From an uncultured Candidatus Saccharibacteria bacterium (lineage in GTDB: Bacteria; Patescibacteriota; Saccharimonadia; Saccharimonadales; EFPC-124): DNA of 62,967 bases. The DNA lies in NCBI GenBank assembly GCA_964447105.1, contig CAYURH010000003.1:1-62967 (forward strand). The letters are read 5' to 3'. Of this stretch, positions 9,513 through 17,383 are shown piece after piece (positions within the stretch are counted from its first letter, which is position 1; every line of letters begins with the position of its first letter). The notes beneath the pieces were generated by a model. The model was not told where the DNA came from. It saw only the letters and a program-made list of their open reading frames with translations, and searched no databases. The position numbers were made by a program, and so were the translations under genes.

Positions 9513-9686
9513 GTGCTTTTATTATAACAGAATAAAATTTACAACAATGCAAAATGTTGACCTATTCTCATAAACCAATGTTGGACTGGTACTTTCTTTT
9601 CCCACACTGCATACTAAAGAAAACAACGAGACAAACATATACACGACTTATATATCTATCTGCAACATCTGCCGCTGGAAGTAATT

Positions 9687-10283
9687 GTGACTGTCGGCAC
9701 GTTTATCGAAGAGGTGATTGCACCGATTCCTTCTTTTGTTGTGCTCGTGCCAGCGGGGGCGGCAGCGCAGGCACAGGACGCGGAACTTTGGTATTTACTG
9801 GTGCTAAGCGTATTTTCTGGCGTGGGACGGGTCGCCGGTGGTGCAATTCTCTATTGGCTGGCCGACAAGTTTGAAGATGTATTGTTTGCGCATGGCCGAC
9901 GCTTTTTTGGCGTGAGCCACAAAGATGTCGAAGGATTTGGCAAAAAAATCGGCGGCAGGCGCAAACGCGATTGGTGGCTGCTGTTTTTCATGAATGCTTT
10001 CCCGCTTTTCCCCGGGGCGGCACTATCGCTCGCCTACGGATTTGTGAAAGTACCGTTTCGCACATTTGTCTCTACGACGTTTTTTGGCACGTTGGTGAGC
10101 GGGTTTTTCTATTTATATGTTGGGTACGCCGGCTTACAAGCTATTGCCGCGCTGGTGCTCCACAAATTCGAAGTAGCTATGTATGTAACAATTGGCTTGA
10201 TCGTACTGCTTGCAGTGGGTTGGTATGTTGTGCGGTGGCTGCGACCCAAGCGCGCAGCCCGTGCCGCCCAACGTCGCCGCTAA
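9687..10283 (+). CDS. DedA/VTT-domain membrane protein
   Basis: GTG start. FIEEVIAPIPSFVVLVPAG...LFFMNAFPLFPGAALSLAYG, a typical SNARE-associated/DedA pattern. Confidence 0.7.
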   Translation: MTVGTFIEEVIAPIPSFVVLVPAGAAAQAQDAELWYLLVLSVFSGVGRVAGGAILYWLADKFEDVLFAHGRRFFGVSHKDVEGFGKKIGGRRKRDWWLLFFMNAFPLFPGAALSLAYGFVKVPFRTFVSTTFFGTLVSGFFYLYVGYAGLQAIAALVLHKFEVAMYVTIGLIVLLAVGWYVVRWLRPKRAARAAQRRR

Positions 10284-11002
10284 TAATTCTGTTCAGAGTA
10301 GTTGGGAAAGAAATCTTGCTTGAGCTGAACCTCGGCCAGACCAGCCGCTCGCAGTTCATCACCGAGTTTTTCGACCATCGGTTCAGGACCGGATAGATAT
10401 ACAAGCGATGTGTTCAGATCGGGCACCAGTTCGGTCAGCTTCTGCGCAGTCATGGGTTCACCCATCACATAAAGCACTTTAAATTGCGAATCTTGCGCCG
10501 CCCACGCATCGAACTCTTGTTTAAACGGCACATTGTCGCCGCGACTGCTATAGATCAATGTCACATCTAGCGGTTGTTTGTCGTGCACACGCTGTTTGAG
10601 AATGCTATAAAACGGCGTTACGCCAATGCCGCCCGCCACAAACACACGCGGCTTATCGGTATCTTCCCACACAAAGTCGCCATCTGGTTTGTCGAGCAGT
10701 GTCAGCTCCCCACCGGTGGGGAGTTTACTGAGAGCTTGCTTGAATGTGCTGTCGGTAATGCGCGTGGTGATCTGGATCACGTTTTCGTAGGGTGGTGACG
10801 ATACGGTGAACCAACGCTTTATGCCTTGGTGGTCGGAGTTGTCGTGTGGTAGCTCCACGCGGATGAACTGACCGGGAGTCCAAGTGAACGATTCGCTGGG
10901 TTCGAACCGAAACGCCCAGACATTGTCGATGAAATTTGTTTTGGTGAGGAGTTTAAGAAAGGGCATGCCGACCTCCTGTGGATTAATAAGTTCTATCTCC
11001 AT
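10280..11002 (-). CDS. FAD/NAD(P)-binding oxidoreductase (ferredoxin-reductase-type, FNR-like)
   Basis: FAD-binding R-x-Y/F-S/T motif (KRWFTVSS) and an NAD-binding GGIGVTPF motif, in a 240-aa two-domain protein. Confidence 0.7.
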   Translation of the reverse strand: MEIELINPQEVGMPFLKLLTKTNFIDNVWAFRFEPSESFTWTPGQFIRVELPHDNSDHQGIKRWFTVSSPPYENVIQITTRITDSTFKQALSKLPTGGELTLLDKPDGDFVWEDTDKPRVFVAGGIGVTPFYSILKQRVHDKQPLDVTLIYSSRGDNVPFKQEFDAWAAQDSQFKVLYVMGEPMTAQKLTELVPDLNTSLVYLSGPEPMVEKLGDELRAAGLAEVQLKQDFFPNYSEQNY

Positions 11003-11011
11003 GATAGCGCA

Positions 11012-11659
11012 TCACACCAAATCGAGCACTTTGCGAAAGTCATCTACCACATGCGTTGGATCGAATTGTTTGAGCTTGTCCAGATCATAAAACTTGCGAT
11101 GCTCAGCCGGATAGAAGAGTATGGAGTCCACGCCAGCGTTTTGCGCAGCGCCCAGGTCTTTGTCGGAGTCGCCGATCATAACCGCTTGGTCTTTGGTGCC
11201 GCCCAATCGTTGCAGGGCCAATTCCAGTGGTTCAGGGTGCGGTTTGTGGTGGGTTGTATCGTCGCCAGTGATTATCGTGTCAAACATATCCGCGAGCGAA
11301 TGTTTTTCTAGCACGCGCTGCAAATTTATACGCGGCGATGTGGTGATGAGTGCTAGTTTTTTACCTCGTTTTTTTAACGTTTCCAATACGACCATCGCGT
11401 CTGGATATAGATCAACCTCTGGTAATTTCTGCTTCGCTATTGCATCGGCATCGATGATGGTCTGTTCCACATCAGGCACTCCCCACTGCTGCATATAGTG
11501 GGTAAACTGGCCCAGGCTCATGGCGATTTCTTCATCAGTTTTGTGTATCGCCCGTCTTTCGAGCGCCACACGAATTGCGTCGAGCCACAAATCGAGCGTT
11601 TTAGCCAGATTACCATCCCAGTCGAGCAAAATATACTGTTTCACCCATCCATCATACAA
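11012..11659 (-). CDS. HAD-superfamily hydrolase (phosphoglycolate-phosphatase-like)
   Basis: Motif I is LLDWDGNLAKT, motif II is ALITTS, and motif IV is MIGDSDKDLGAAQNAG. Confidence 0.8.
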   Translation of the reverse strand: MYDGWVKQYILLDWDGNLAKTLDLWLDAIRVALERRAIHKTDEEIAMSLGQFTHYMQQWGVPDVEQTIIDADAIAKQKLPEVDLYPDAMVVLETLKKRGKKLALITTSPRINLQRVLEKHSLADMFDTIITGDDTTHHKPHPEPLELALQRLGGTKDQAVMIGDSDKDLGAAQNAGVDSILFYPAEHRKFYDLDKLKQFDPTHVVDDFRKVLDLV

Positions 11660-11662
11660 TAG

Positions 11663-14380
11663 CTAAAGAGTCACAGCCCACGTGCCAAACGGCTTAAACG
11701 CGCTGCATTTGGCGCCAGCTTGTACATCGATGGTTTTTTGCGGGCCAGGGCCAGCGGTTGGCGACAAGCCAAAGGCGTCGCGCAGGTAGTAGTTTGTGCT
11801 GGCTGCGTTTAGGCTTAGACCAAATTTGCTGTTTGCGGCGCTGTCGTTGTACCACAATCTGGCTACGCCCGAATTGTGGCCTGATCCAACACAGGCGTTG
11901 CGAACCGACACCGTAACATTTACTACCGACCCAGCCGGCACATCGACAGGCGCAAAGCTGCTAAATGGTATGGTGGCCAGGTGTGCGTTATTAAATCCGC
12001 TGCTGCCACCGGCAAAGCTGTCTAGCTGGCCCGATGCTATGAGTGTGCCGCCTTTAAAGGCTTCGACTTTTAGGTCAAATTTAGTGCCTACGTCGTCGCT
12101 GTTTTTTAGCCCAATCCAGATGCCGGCCGGGCTTAGGGCTGTAACTTGGTTAACGGCTGTGGTGTTTGCTGTGCTTTGGCCTGTTCCGTTATCGTCGTCG
12201 GTAACTGCTACTGTAACGGTATAGTTGCCTGGCACGGCATAGGCGTGATTGCCAGTTACGGTACCCGAGCCGTTTGCTTCTGACACAACGCCGTTGGTGG
12301 TGTGGCCATCGCCCCAGTTAATGGTGGCGGTGTGTGTATCGACTGTGCCTGGGTCGGTAAAGTTTACCGATAAAGCATGTGACGCGCCCACTCCAACACT
12401 ACCAGGAAAGCTAATAGTGCCAACTTGCGGTGCAACATTTAGCACGGTAATAGCAAGTGTTTGGGTAGTTGTGGCGCCTTCGGAATCGGTAACGATCACA
12501 GTTACCATATACGTGCCCGGGTTTTGATAGGCGTGCCCCGACGAAAAATCGTTGCCAGACACCGACACAGACTGATCGCCGCTGCCATCTCCCCAGTTTA
12601 CTGTGGCTGTGTGCGTTTGATTACCATAGTCACTGAAGTTCACGTTGATCACCGCTGGCCCGCTTTGATTGACGTTTGTGGGCGGCGTGATGGGCGGAAT
12701 TGTCGGCGCAGGGTTGTTCACCACCACACCGCCGCCAGAGCCGGTGGATGCACCGGTAAGTCCGCCGTTGTCAGTGACTGAAACGGTGATGGTGTATGAT
12801 CCATTATCAACATACGCGTGGCTCAGATTAAACGTATGATCTGGATTGAGGGCTAGCGGCTGCACACCCGAACCATCGCCGTAATCCACGGTGGCTGTCC
12901 AGGCTGTCGAATCAGGATCAGTAAATGATCCGGCGGCGGTAAAGGTATCACCTTCATTTACTGTAGTGGCGCCGGCCGTAAATGTCACCGACGGCGCTTG
13001 GTTTGCAGAAGTCGGCGCGGCGTAGTAAAAGTACCCAGTCACCCAACTGGCGTTGCCATTATTGTTGCTGTGGGCATACACCCAATAGGTGCCGCTTGGT
13101 GGGAATACATCTGGATAAACGGTCCATGTGTGAGAGTGGTCGAAGACATCTAAAAACCCGCACAAATGGCGCTGATTGGTATTGACCATTGTTGCCACTG
13201 GTTGGTTTGTCGCTGCGTCGTACACTGTGGCGGTAAAACCGTCGTCATTCCAGCAATCCTGATAGTAGCCAGGCAGAGTTAAGTTAGCCTGGAAATCGTT
13301 TGAATCGTTACGAAGAATATTATCGACTATTCCCTGAGCAGCATTGGGGAACACCTCATGCGGCGTAGCTACGCAGGATGGATCGGGGTTTGCCAAATGG
13401 TCAACCGTTTCTACCCCGTGATAGCCGTAGACTTGTACTTTTACCGCAGTAAAGCACGAAAATGTCCCCTGGCTGTAATTAAATGTTCCGGAACAATTGC
13501 CCGATGTGGTGTTGCCGCCGGTGCAGGTGGCGGGTTCGTGGTTAAAACCCCAACTGTCGCCATCGGCGTGAATTGCCACACTCTCGCCAGTTATATCGCC
13601 GCCGTGGTAGCCCGCATAGTCAAATGAATAGTGACCAGTGGTATGGTTGAGTGTTACATGCGACACGGTGAACGGTGGGGTTGTATAGTTTATCGGATTC
13701 GATGTCCACACATTGCCGGTCGACGCGGAATGCACCACAAAGTAGTAGCTACCGTCGCCAAATAAACTGTTTGTCGAAAAACTCATGACAGGCAGCCGGG
13801 GAGTAATGATTGTACAGTTACCTGTAACCGTCTGCCGGTTGGTGCCATTGACATAAATATCTACCGACAAATCGCTGGCCCCATTTAGCAGGCAGTTGTT
13901 GTCGACTGCAGGCAGCGACGGCGAAAAAATATTGAGCGTAACGTTTGTGTTATCCGAAATGGCCAGTTGATTCACCGAAGCCGTGCCCGTGGTAAAATTG
14001 GTTGCTGTCGCGCCGGTGTATACAAATTCTTGCGTTATTCGGTATGTGTCGCCGGCCCCGTGCATTTGCACTTTATAGGTATGGCCTACTTCTAGTGGAG
14101 TGGTCCAGTCTATAATGCCCACGTTGTAGCCAATATCGTAAAATGCCAGTACGTCTCGCTGCTCAAGCGTGTTTACGTCTAGCACATACGAAAGCGAATC
14201 GCCAGGGTCGCACGCCACAGCGTGTTCGCAGGCATCATTGTTGACACCGTCCCATGTGAGCTCGAGCTGACTGGACTCAATGTTGGTGGCTACTATTTGC
14301 ACCGTGTACGCCATTGCTAACCGAGGCGACGAAAACACTAGCAGCACAAGCGCTGCTATGAAAAGAGATATTTTTTTCAT
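11663..14380 (-). CDS. Large secreted protein with three PKD domains
   Basis: It has a signal peptide (MKKISLFIAALVLLVFSSPRLAMA). Three PKD-type modules carry VDYGDGSG, VNWGDGSG and INWGDGHT, each followed by HAY..G.Y.(I/V)TV.VTD. The N-terminal 450 aa are unassigned. Confidence 0.8.
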   Translation of the reverse strand: MKKISLFIAALVLLVFSSPRLAMAYTVQIVATNIESSQLELTWDGVNNDACEHAVACDPGDSLSYVLDVNTLEQRDVLAFYDIGYNVGIIDWTTPLEVGHTYKVQMHGAGDTYRITQEFVYTGATATNFTTGTASVNQLAISDNTNVTLNIFSPSLPAVDNNCLLNGASDLSVDIYVNGTNRQTVTGNCTIITPRLPVMSFSTNSLFGDGSYYFVVHSASTGNVWTSNPINYTTPPFTVSHVTLNHTTGHYSFDYAGYHGGDITGESVAIHADGDSWGFNHEPATCTGGNTTSGNCSGTFNYSQGTFSCFTAVKVQVYGYHGVETVDHLANPDPSCVATPHEVFPNAAQGIVDNILRNDSNDFQANLTLPGYYQDCWNDDGFTATVYDAATNQPVATMVNTNQRHLCGFLDVFDHSHTWTVYPDVFPPSGTYWVYAHSNNNGNASWVTGYFYYAAPTSANQAPSVTFTAGATTVNEGDTFTAAGSFTDPDSTAWTATVDYGDGSGVQPLALNPDHTFNLSHAYVDNGSYTITVSVTDNGGLTGASTGSGGGVVVNNPAPTIPPITPPTNVNQSGPAVINVNFSDYGNQTHTATVNWGDGSGDQSVSVSGNDFSSGHAYQNPGTYMVTVIVTDSEGATTTQTLAITVLNVAPQVGTISFPGSVGVGASHALSVNFTDPGTVDTHTATINWGDGHTTNGVVSEANGSGTVTGNHAYAVPGNYTVTVAVTDDDNGTGQSTANTTAVNQVTALSPAGIWIGLKNSDDVGTKFDLKVEAFKGGTLIASGQLDSFAGGSSGFNNAHLATIPFSSFAPVDVPAGSVVNVTVSVRNACVGSGHNSGVARLWYNDSAANSKFGLSLNAASTNYYLRDAFGLSPTAGPGPQKTIDVQAGAKCSAFKPFGTWAVTL

Positions 14381-14578
14381 GGTAACTTCATGATAACGGT
14401 TGTGGTTAAGTTAGTCAAAGGAATTGTTACGTAGGTGTTGGGTTGGGTAGCGGGTGTGGTGGGTGCTGGAAATGAATTGCTGCGCGCCGAGCTTATGAAC
14501 CGCTGGCGAATCGAATAATCGATAACGGCTGCGGCGGTGCTCGCAATGCGCTTCGCTTTTGCTGCGCGCCGCTTTGCC

Positions 14579-14638
14579 GATCGAACACGCGACTACGATA
14601 TTTTTGGCAGCCAAAAATCTCTGTCGCGAGTTCTATCC
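14579..14638. repeat. 60-nt composite palindrome built from two tRNA T-arm-like fragments
   Basis: gatcgaacacgcgac (14579-14593) matches the adjacent tRNA-Asn gene at 14/15 positions in the same orientation. gtcgcgagttctatcc (14623-14638) matches at 15/16 in the inverted orientation. Between them lies a perfect 8-bp hairpin, atttttgg-cag-ccaaaaat (14600-14618). Confidence 0.6.
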
Positions 14639-14651
14639 ACACTCTCGCAAA

Positions 14652-14695
14652 CATGAAAAATGCGCGAGCCCTAATGGGCTCGCGCATTTTTCATG
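14652..14695 (-). terminator. Intrinsic terminator hairpin abutting the tRNA-Asn 3' end
   Basis: A perfect 19-bp stem, catgaaaaatgcgcgagcc / ggctcgcgcatttttcatg, with the 6-nt loop ctaatg. On the minus strand the GC core is followed by ATTTTTCATGTTTG. Confidence 0.8.
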
Positions 14696-14768
14696 GCTCC
14701 GGGGGCGAGGATCGAACTCGCGACCTGGGGATTAACAGTCCCTCGCTCTACCGCTGAGCTACCCCGGA
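14694..14768 (-). tRNA. tRNA-Asn (anticodon GTT), CCA encoded
   Basis: Minus-strand sequence: TCCGGGGTAGCTCAGCGGTAGAGCGAGGGACTGTTAATCCCCAGGTCGCGAGTTCGATCCTCGCCCCCGGAGCCA. The acceptor stem is TCCGGGG/CCCCGGA, the anticodon loop is CTGTTAA, and the T-arm is GCGAG-TTCGATC-CTCGC. Confidence 0.93.
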
Positions 14769-14816
14769 ATGCAATGGGTATTATAACAGGGGTAAACGGT
14801 GCAAACAAGTCTAATG

Positions 14817-15338
14817 CTATTCGGGGAGCTTAAAGAATAATTGCACGGTACGACCGTCTTCGTTTTTATCGATTTCTTCAAACCCAAATCGTTTGTAAAA
14901 ACGCACGGTACTTTCGTTGCTATTGGCATCGACTATGAGACCAGCGCAACCCACGAGTTCATTCATATTGCTTGCAATACCAACAACGAAGTTCAATAGC
15001 TTACTACCAATCCCGCTACTACGACATTCCGGCAGCACATACAACTTACCGACCACTAAAACCTGCGGAGGAAAATTAGTAGTATTAGGCACACCATTCA
15101 CGTTTTGCGTTAGTACTCCGGTCGACAAGGCAATAAACGCGACCGCTTGACCTCCGTGATACACAAGAAATGTTTTTGATTTCTTTTCGGCTTGGGACTT
15201 CCATGCAAATGTACGAAACCAGTTAATAAGGCTTTGGTGTAATTCATCTGTAATTGAAAAAGCCCCTTTTAGCATCTTTTTGTCTGCCAGGGGCACAATT
15301 TCAATTGATTGAAGATCTATGTCGACTTTTTCTGCCAT
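14817..15338 (-). CDS. GNAT family N-acetyltransferase (candidate type II toxin, TacT/AtaT-like)
   Basis: A 173-aa protein with the acetyl-CoA motif VVGKLYVLPECRSSGIGSKLLNFVV. Its start is overlapped by a small upstream ORF, as in GNAT-RHH toxin-antitoxin pairs. Confidence 0.7.
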   Translation of the reverse strand: MAEKVDIDLQSIEIVPLADKKMLKGAFSITDELHQSLINWFRTFAWKSQAEKKSKTFLVYHGGQAVAFIALSTGVLTQNVNGVPNTTNFPPQVLVVGKLYVLPECRSSGIGSKLLNFVVGIASNMNELVGCAGLIVDANSNESTVRFYKRFGFEEIDKNEDGRTVQLFFKLPE

Positions 15339-15490
15339 TTCTTTTTGTAAAACTCATAAACACCAACCGATTCTTTAAACGATCGTTTCTGACGTTCGGT
15401 CGCTGGTGCACTCAAAATCTTGTGTAGTTTCTGTGAGGCTTGTTCCGAAAGGGTGATTATGGATGGTGTGGATTTGTGTTTGGTTGCCAT
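15317..15490 (-). CDS. Small ORF (57 aa), candidate antitoxin of the GNAT gene
   Basis: Below the ORF-track size cutoff, so translated manually: MATKHKSTPSIITLSEQASQKLHKILSAPATERQKRSFKESVGVYEFYKKKWQKKST. It overlaps the GNAT start by 22 nt. An AT-rich TATAAT-containing region lies immediately upstream. Confidence 0.45.
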   Translation of the reverse strand: MATKHKSTPSIITLSEQASQKLHKILSAPATERQKRSFKESVGVYEFYKKKWQKKST

Positions 15491-15588
15491 AAGCTTATTA
15501 TAACATAATACTATATTATATTAAAGGCCCTCACTCACCCACCTTAGCTTAACCACAATCACACTATACCGCTATTTGGCGATAACGT

Positions 15589-16032
15589 CTAGCTAGCCCG
15601 GGTTAGCTTAATGAGGCGCGACTTAAAGGCAACTGCCGCATCGGCCAGGCCCAGTATTTGCGTGGCGCCCACCAGCACATACAAGTCGTCGATGTCGCGT
15701 TGCGCTGGTGTGGCGTGTTTTTCTATCAGGTCAAAGCGGCGTTGTATCAAATCTACGAGCCATTTTTCTTGGACAGCAGTAACGTCGGTGTTGGCTTTGA
15801 ATTCGGCAGCGCCGCCGTGCACGATTTCGAGCGAACGCGCCGAATGGTCACGTTTGCGCAAGTGACCTTTGGCGATCAAATTGTCTACGTGGGTAGCGAC
15901 GGTAGAGACTGATTTGTAGTTGAGGCCGGTCATGATTTCGCGGTAGCTCGGGCCGTAGCCGTGGCCGCCGATAAAGCCTTCGATAAAACTCAATAATTCA
16001 CGCTGCTTTTTGGACGGACGTGCTTGACTCAT
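15589..16032 (-). CDS. LexA-N-terminal-type winged-helix DNA-binding protein lacking the S24 peptidase domain
   Basis: From ATG 16032: MSQARPSKKQRELLSFIEGFIGGHGYGPSYREIMTGLNYKSVSTVATHVDNLIAKGHLRK, which matches the LexA DNA-binding domain pattern. The about 80-aa C-terminus is helical and shows no Ser/Lys peptidase motifs. The start forms an ATGA overlap with the upstream gene. The track ORF start at 16230 is rejected. Confidence 0.65.
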   Translation of the reverse strand: MSQARPSKKQRELLSFIEGFIGGHGYGPSYREIMTGLNYKSVSTVATHVDNLIAKGHLRKRDHSARSLEIVHGGAAEFKANTDVTAVQEKWLVDLIQRRFDLIEKHATPAQRDIDDLYVLVGATQILGLADAAVAFKSRLIKLTRAS

Positions 16033-17351
16033 AGTTGTATTGGCCCCATTTTGCCCCCAGTTTTGAATGCCCACAAGCCAGCGACCGCCCACCACGTCAT
16101 GCTGGTGGGGTCGTCGACCCACCCATGCAAAAATAGGTTTATCACGGTCAGGCCGGCAAAACCCGCTAGCAGCAACGCCGGCCATTGCTGCTGACGCCGC
16201 TTCCATAGTTGCTGCACCAGAAGCGCACATATAATTATGAATAGTATCAGGCCCAACACGCCTATCTCTTGTGCTACCTGCACAAAATAATTTTCGGCAA
16301 TCCGCGCCGGGTGTCCTGTGTTGTAGTACGACGCCGGGCCAGCCGCACCCACACCATGACCAAATGGGTTGGCGATCACGTCTTTAATACCGTCGGATGT
16401 CGCTTGCCAATGATCAGCGGTAGAACCTTCCACCAAACTGGAATCATCAGGGCTAGAATGAAACACCAGCAAGCGCACCGTCGGCACCGTCGCGGCTAGC
16501 GCCAACACGCCCGCCACCACTAGTACCAGCGGCGGCGCCAATCGTTTGACCCAAAACATTACGCGGTGACGCGGCACCATTAATGCCGCCAGTATCACAA
16601 ACATAGTAGCAGCACCTAGCCAGGCGCTGCGTGAACCACTCAGCCCAAGCGCAACCAGCCCGCCGGCAAACGCTGCCCATGCCAACCAGTTGCGCCGGTT
16701 CTGAGCCAACAGCCACACCGCCAACGCCAGTGGCAATAGCAGATACGACCCTAGTTCGTTCGGCCCGCGCAGGGTAGCGAACGCCCGCACGGCATCTGGA
16801 TTTTGGTCGACCAATATATATGGAGCAATAGTCACGTCTTTGTTGTAGCCAAACTGCGCCAAGAAATCGTGGGGCAGCAGGGTAACCTGCAAAATTGCCA
16901 GTACCGCCAGCCCAATCATGGTCCACAGGAGCCACGGCGTCAGATACTTTTTGGCCAGCTCAACCCATGGATGGCCGCTGGCCAGCACCACCTGCGCCAG
17001 CACAAACATCGCAAAAAAGCGCAAGTTCATGAGCAGCCCCGCATAGACAGCACTCGCCGACGCTTCAGACGTTATGGCAAATGCCACGTTTAGTAACAGG
17101 TACAGCACAATATACTTATTGATCCACCGAGCCCATATGCGCTTGGCGATGTCGGGTCGCAAAAAACAGTAGCCACCCACCGTAGGCACCACCAACAGTA
17201 GGGCGATTTCTTTCCAGCCCTTCCACACTTCGAGCGGCCCGATAGCCGTGCCACCCCAGGTAGATATAAATGCATGCAGCGGCAACAACAGGAGTACCCC
17301 TCCCAGAACTGCGGTCATACCCCCGGCTAATATCTGCTCGATCTTTTTCAT
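16029..17351 (-). CDS. O-antigen ligase/polymerase-like membrane protein (Wzy_C domain)
   Basis: A 440-aa polytopic protein with the LGLSGSRSAWLGAA motif characteristic of the O-antigen ligase family. Confidence 0.7.
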   Translation of the reverse strand: MKKIEQILAGGMTAVLGGVLLLLPLHAFISTWGGTAIGPLEVWKGWKEIALLLVVPTVGGYCFLRPDIAKRIWARWINKYIVLYLLLNVAFAITSEASASAVYAGLLMNLRFFAMFVLAQVVLASGHPWVELAKKYLTPWLLWTMIGLAVLAILQVTLLPHDFLAQFGYNKDVTIAPYILVDQNPDAVRAFATLRGPNELGSYLLLPLALAVWLLAQNRRNWLAWAAFAGGLVALGLSGSRSAWLGAATMFVILAALMVPRHRVMFWVKRLAPPLVLVVAGVLALAATVPTVRLLVFHSSPDDSSLVEGSTADHWQATSDGIKDVIANPFGHGVGAAGPASYYNTGHPARIAENYFVQVAQEIGVLGLILFIIICALLVQQLWKRRQQQWPALLLAGFAGLTVINLFLHGWVDDPTSMTWWAVAGLWAFKTGGKMGPIQL

Positions 17352-17383
17352 CCTTATTTAATGCTACAATAACCAGCAAGGAT

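Noticed and set aside
11796-12781. Plus-strand ORFs of 92-142 aa opposite the PKD protein gene
   Set aside because: They are antisense to a 905-aa gene that has a signal peptide and three PKD modules. They are Thr/Val/Pro-rich mirror products of the repetitive sense sequence.
14411-14687. Two overlapping 64-67-aa minus-strand ORFs downstream of tRNA-Asn
   Set aside because: They overlap each other and the palindromic tRNA-fragment region. They have an Arg/Ser-rich composition and no RBS. The region is better explained as non-coding scar sequence.
17270-17383. N-terminal extensions of track ORFs (17270 for the sugar transferase, 16230 for the LexA-like gene, 29455 for the membrane paralog, 53678 for rpmH, 2156 for the GT2, 33745 and 34968 in the sugar-nucleotide genes)
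   Set aside because: In each case the extension overlaps a neighbouring gene or lacks an RBS. An internal start with a Shine-Dalgarno sequence or a start/stop overlap gives a protein that begins where family members normally begin.
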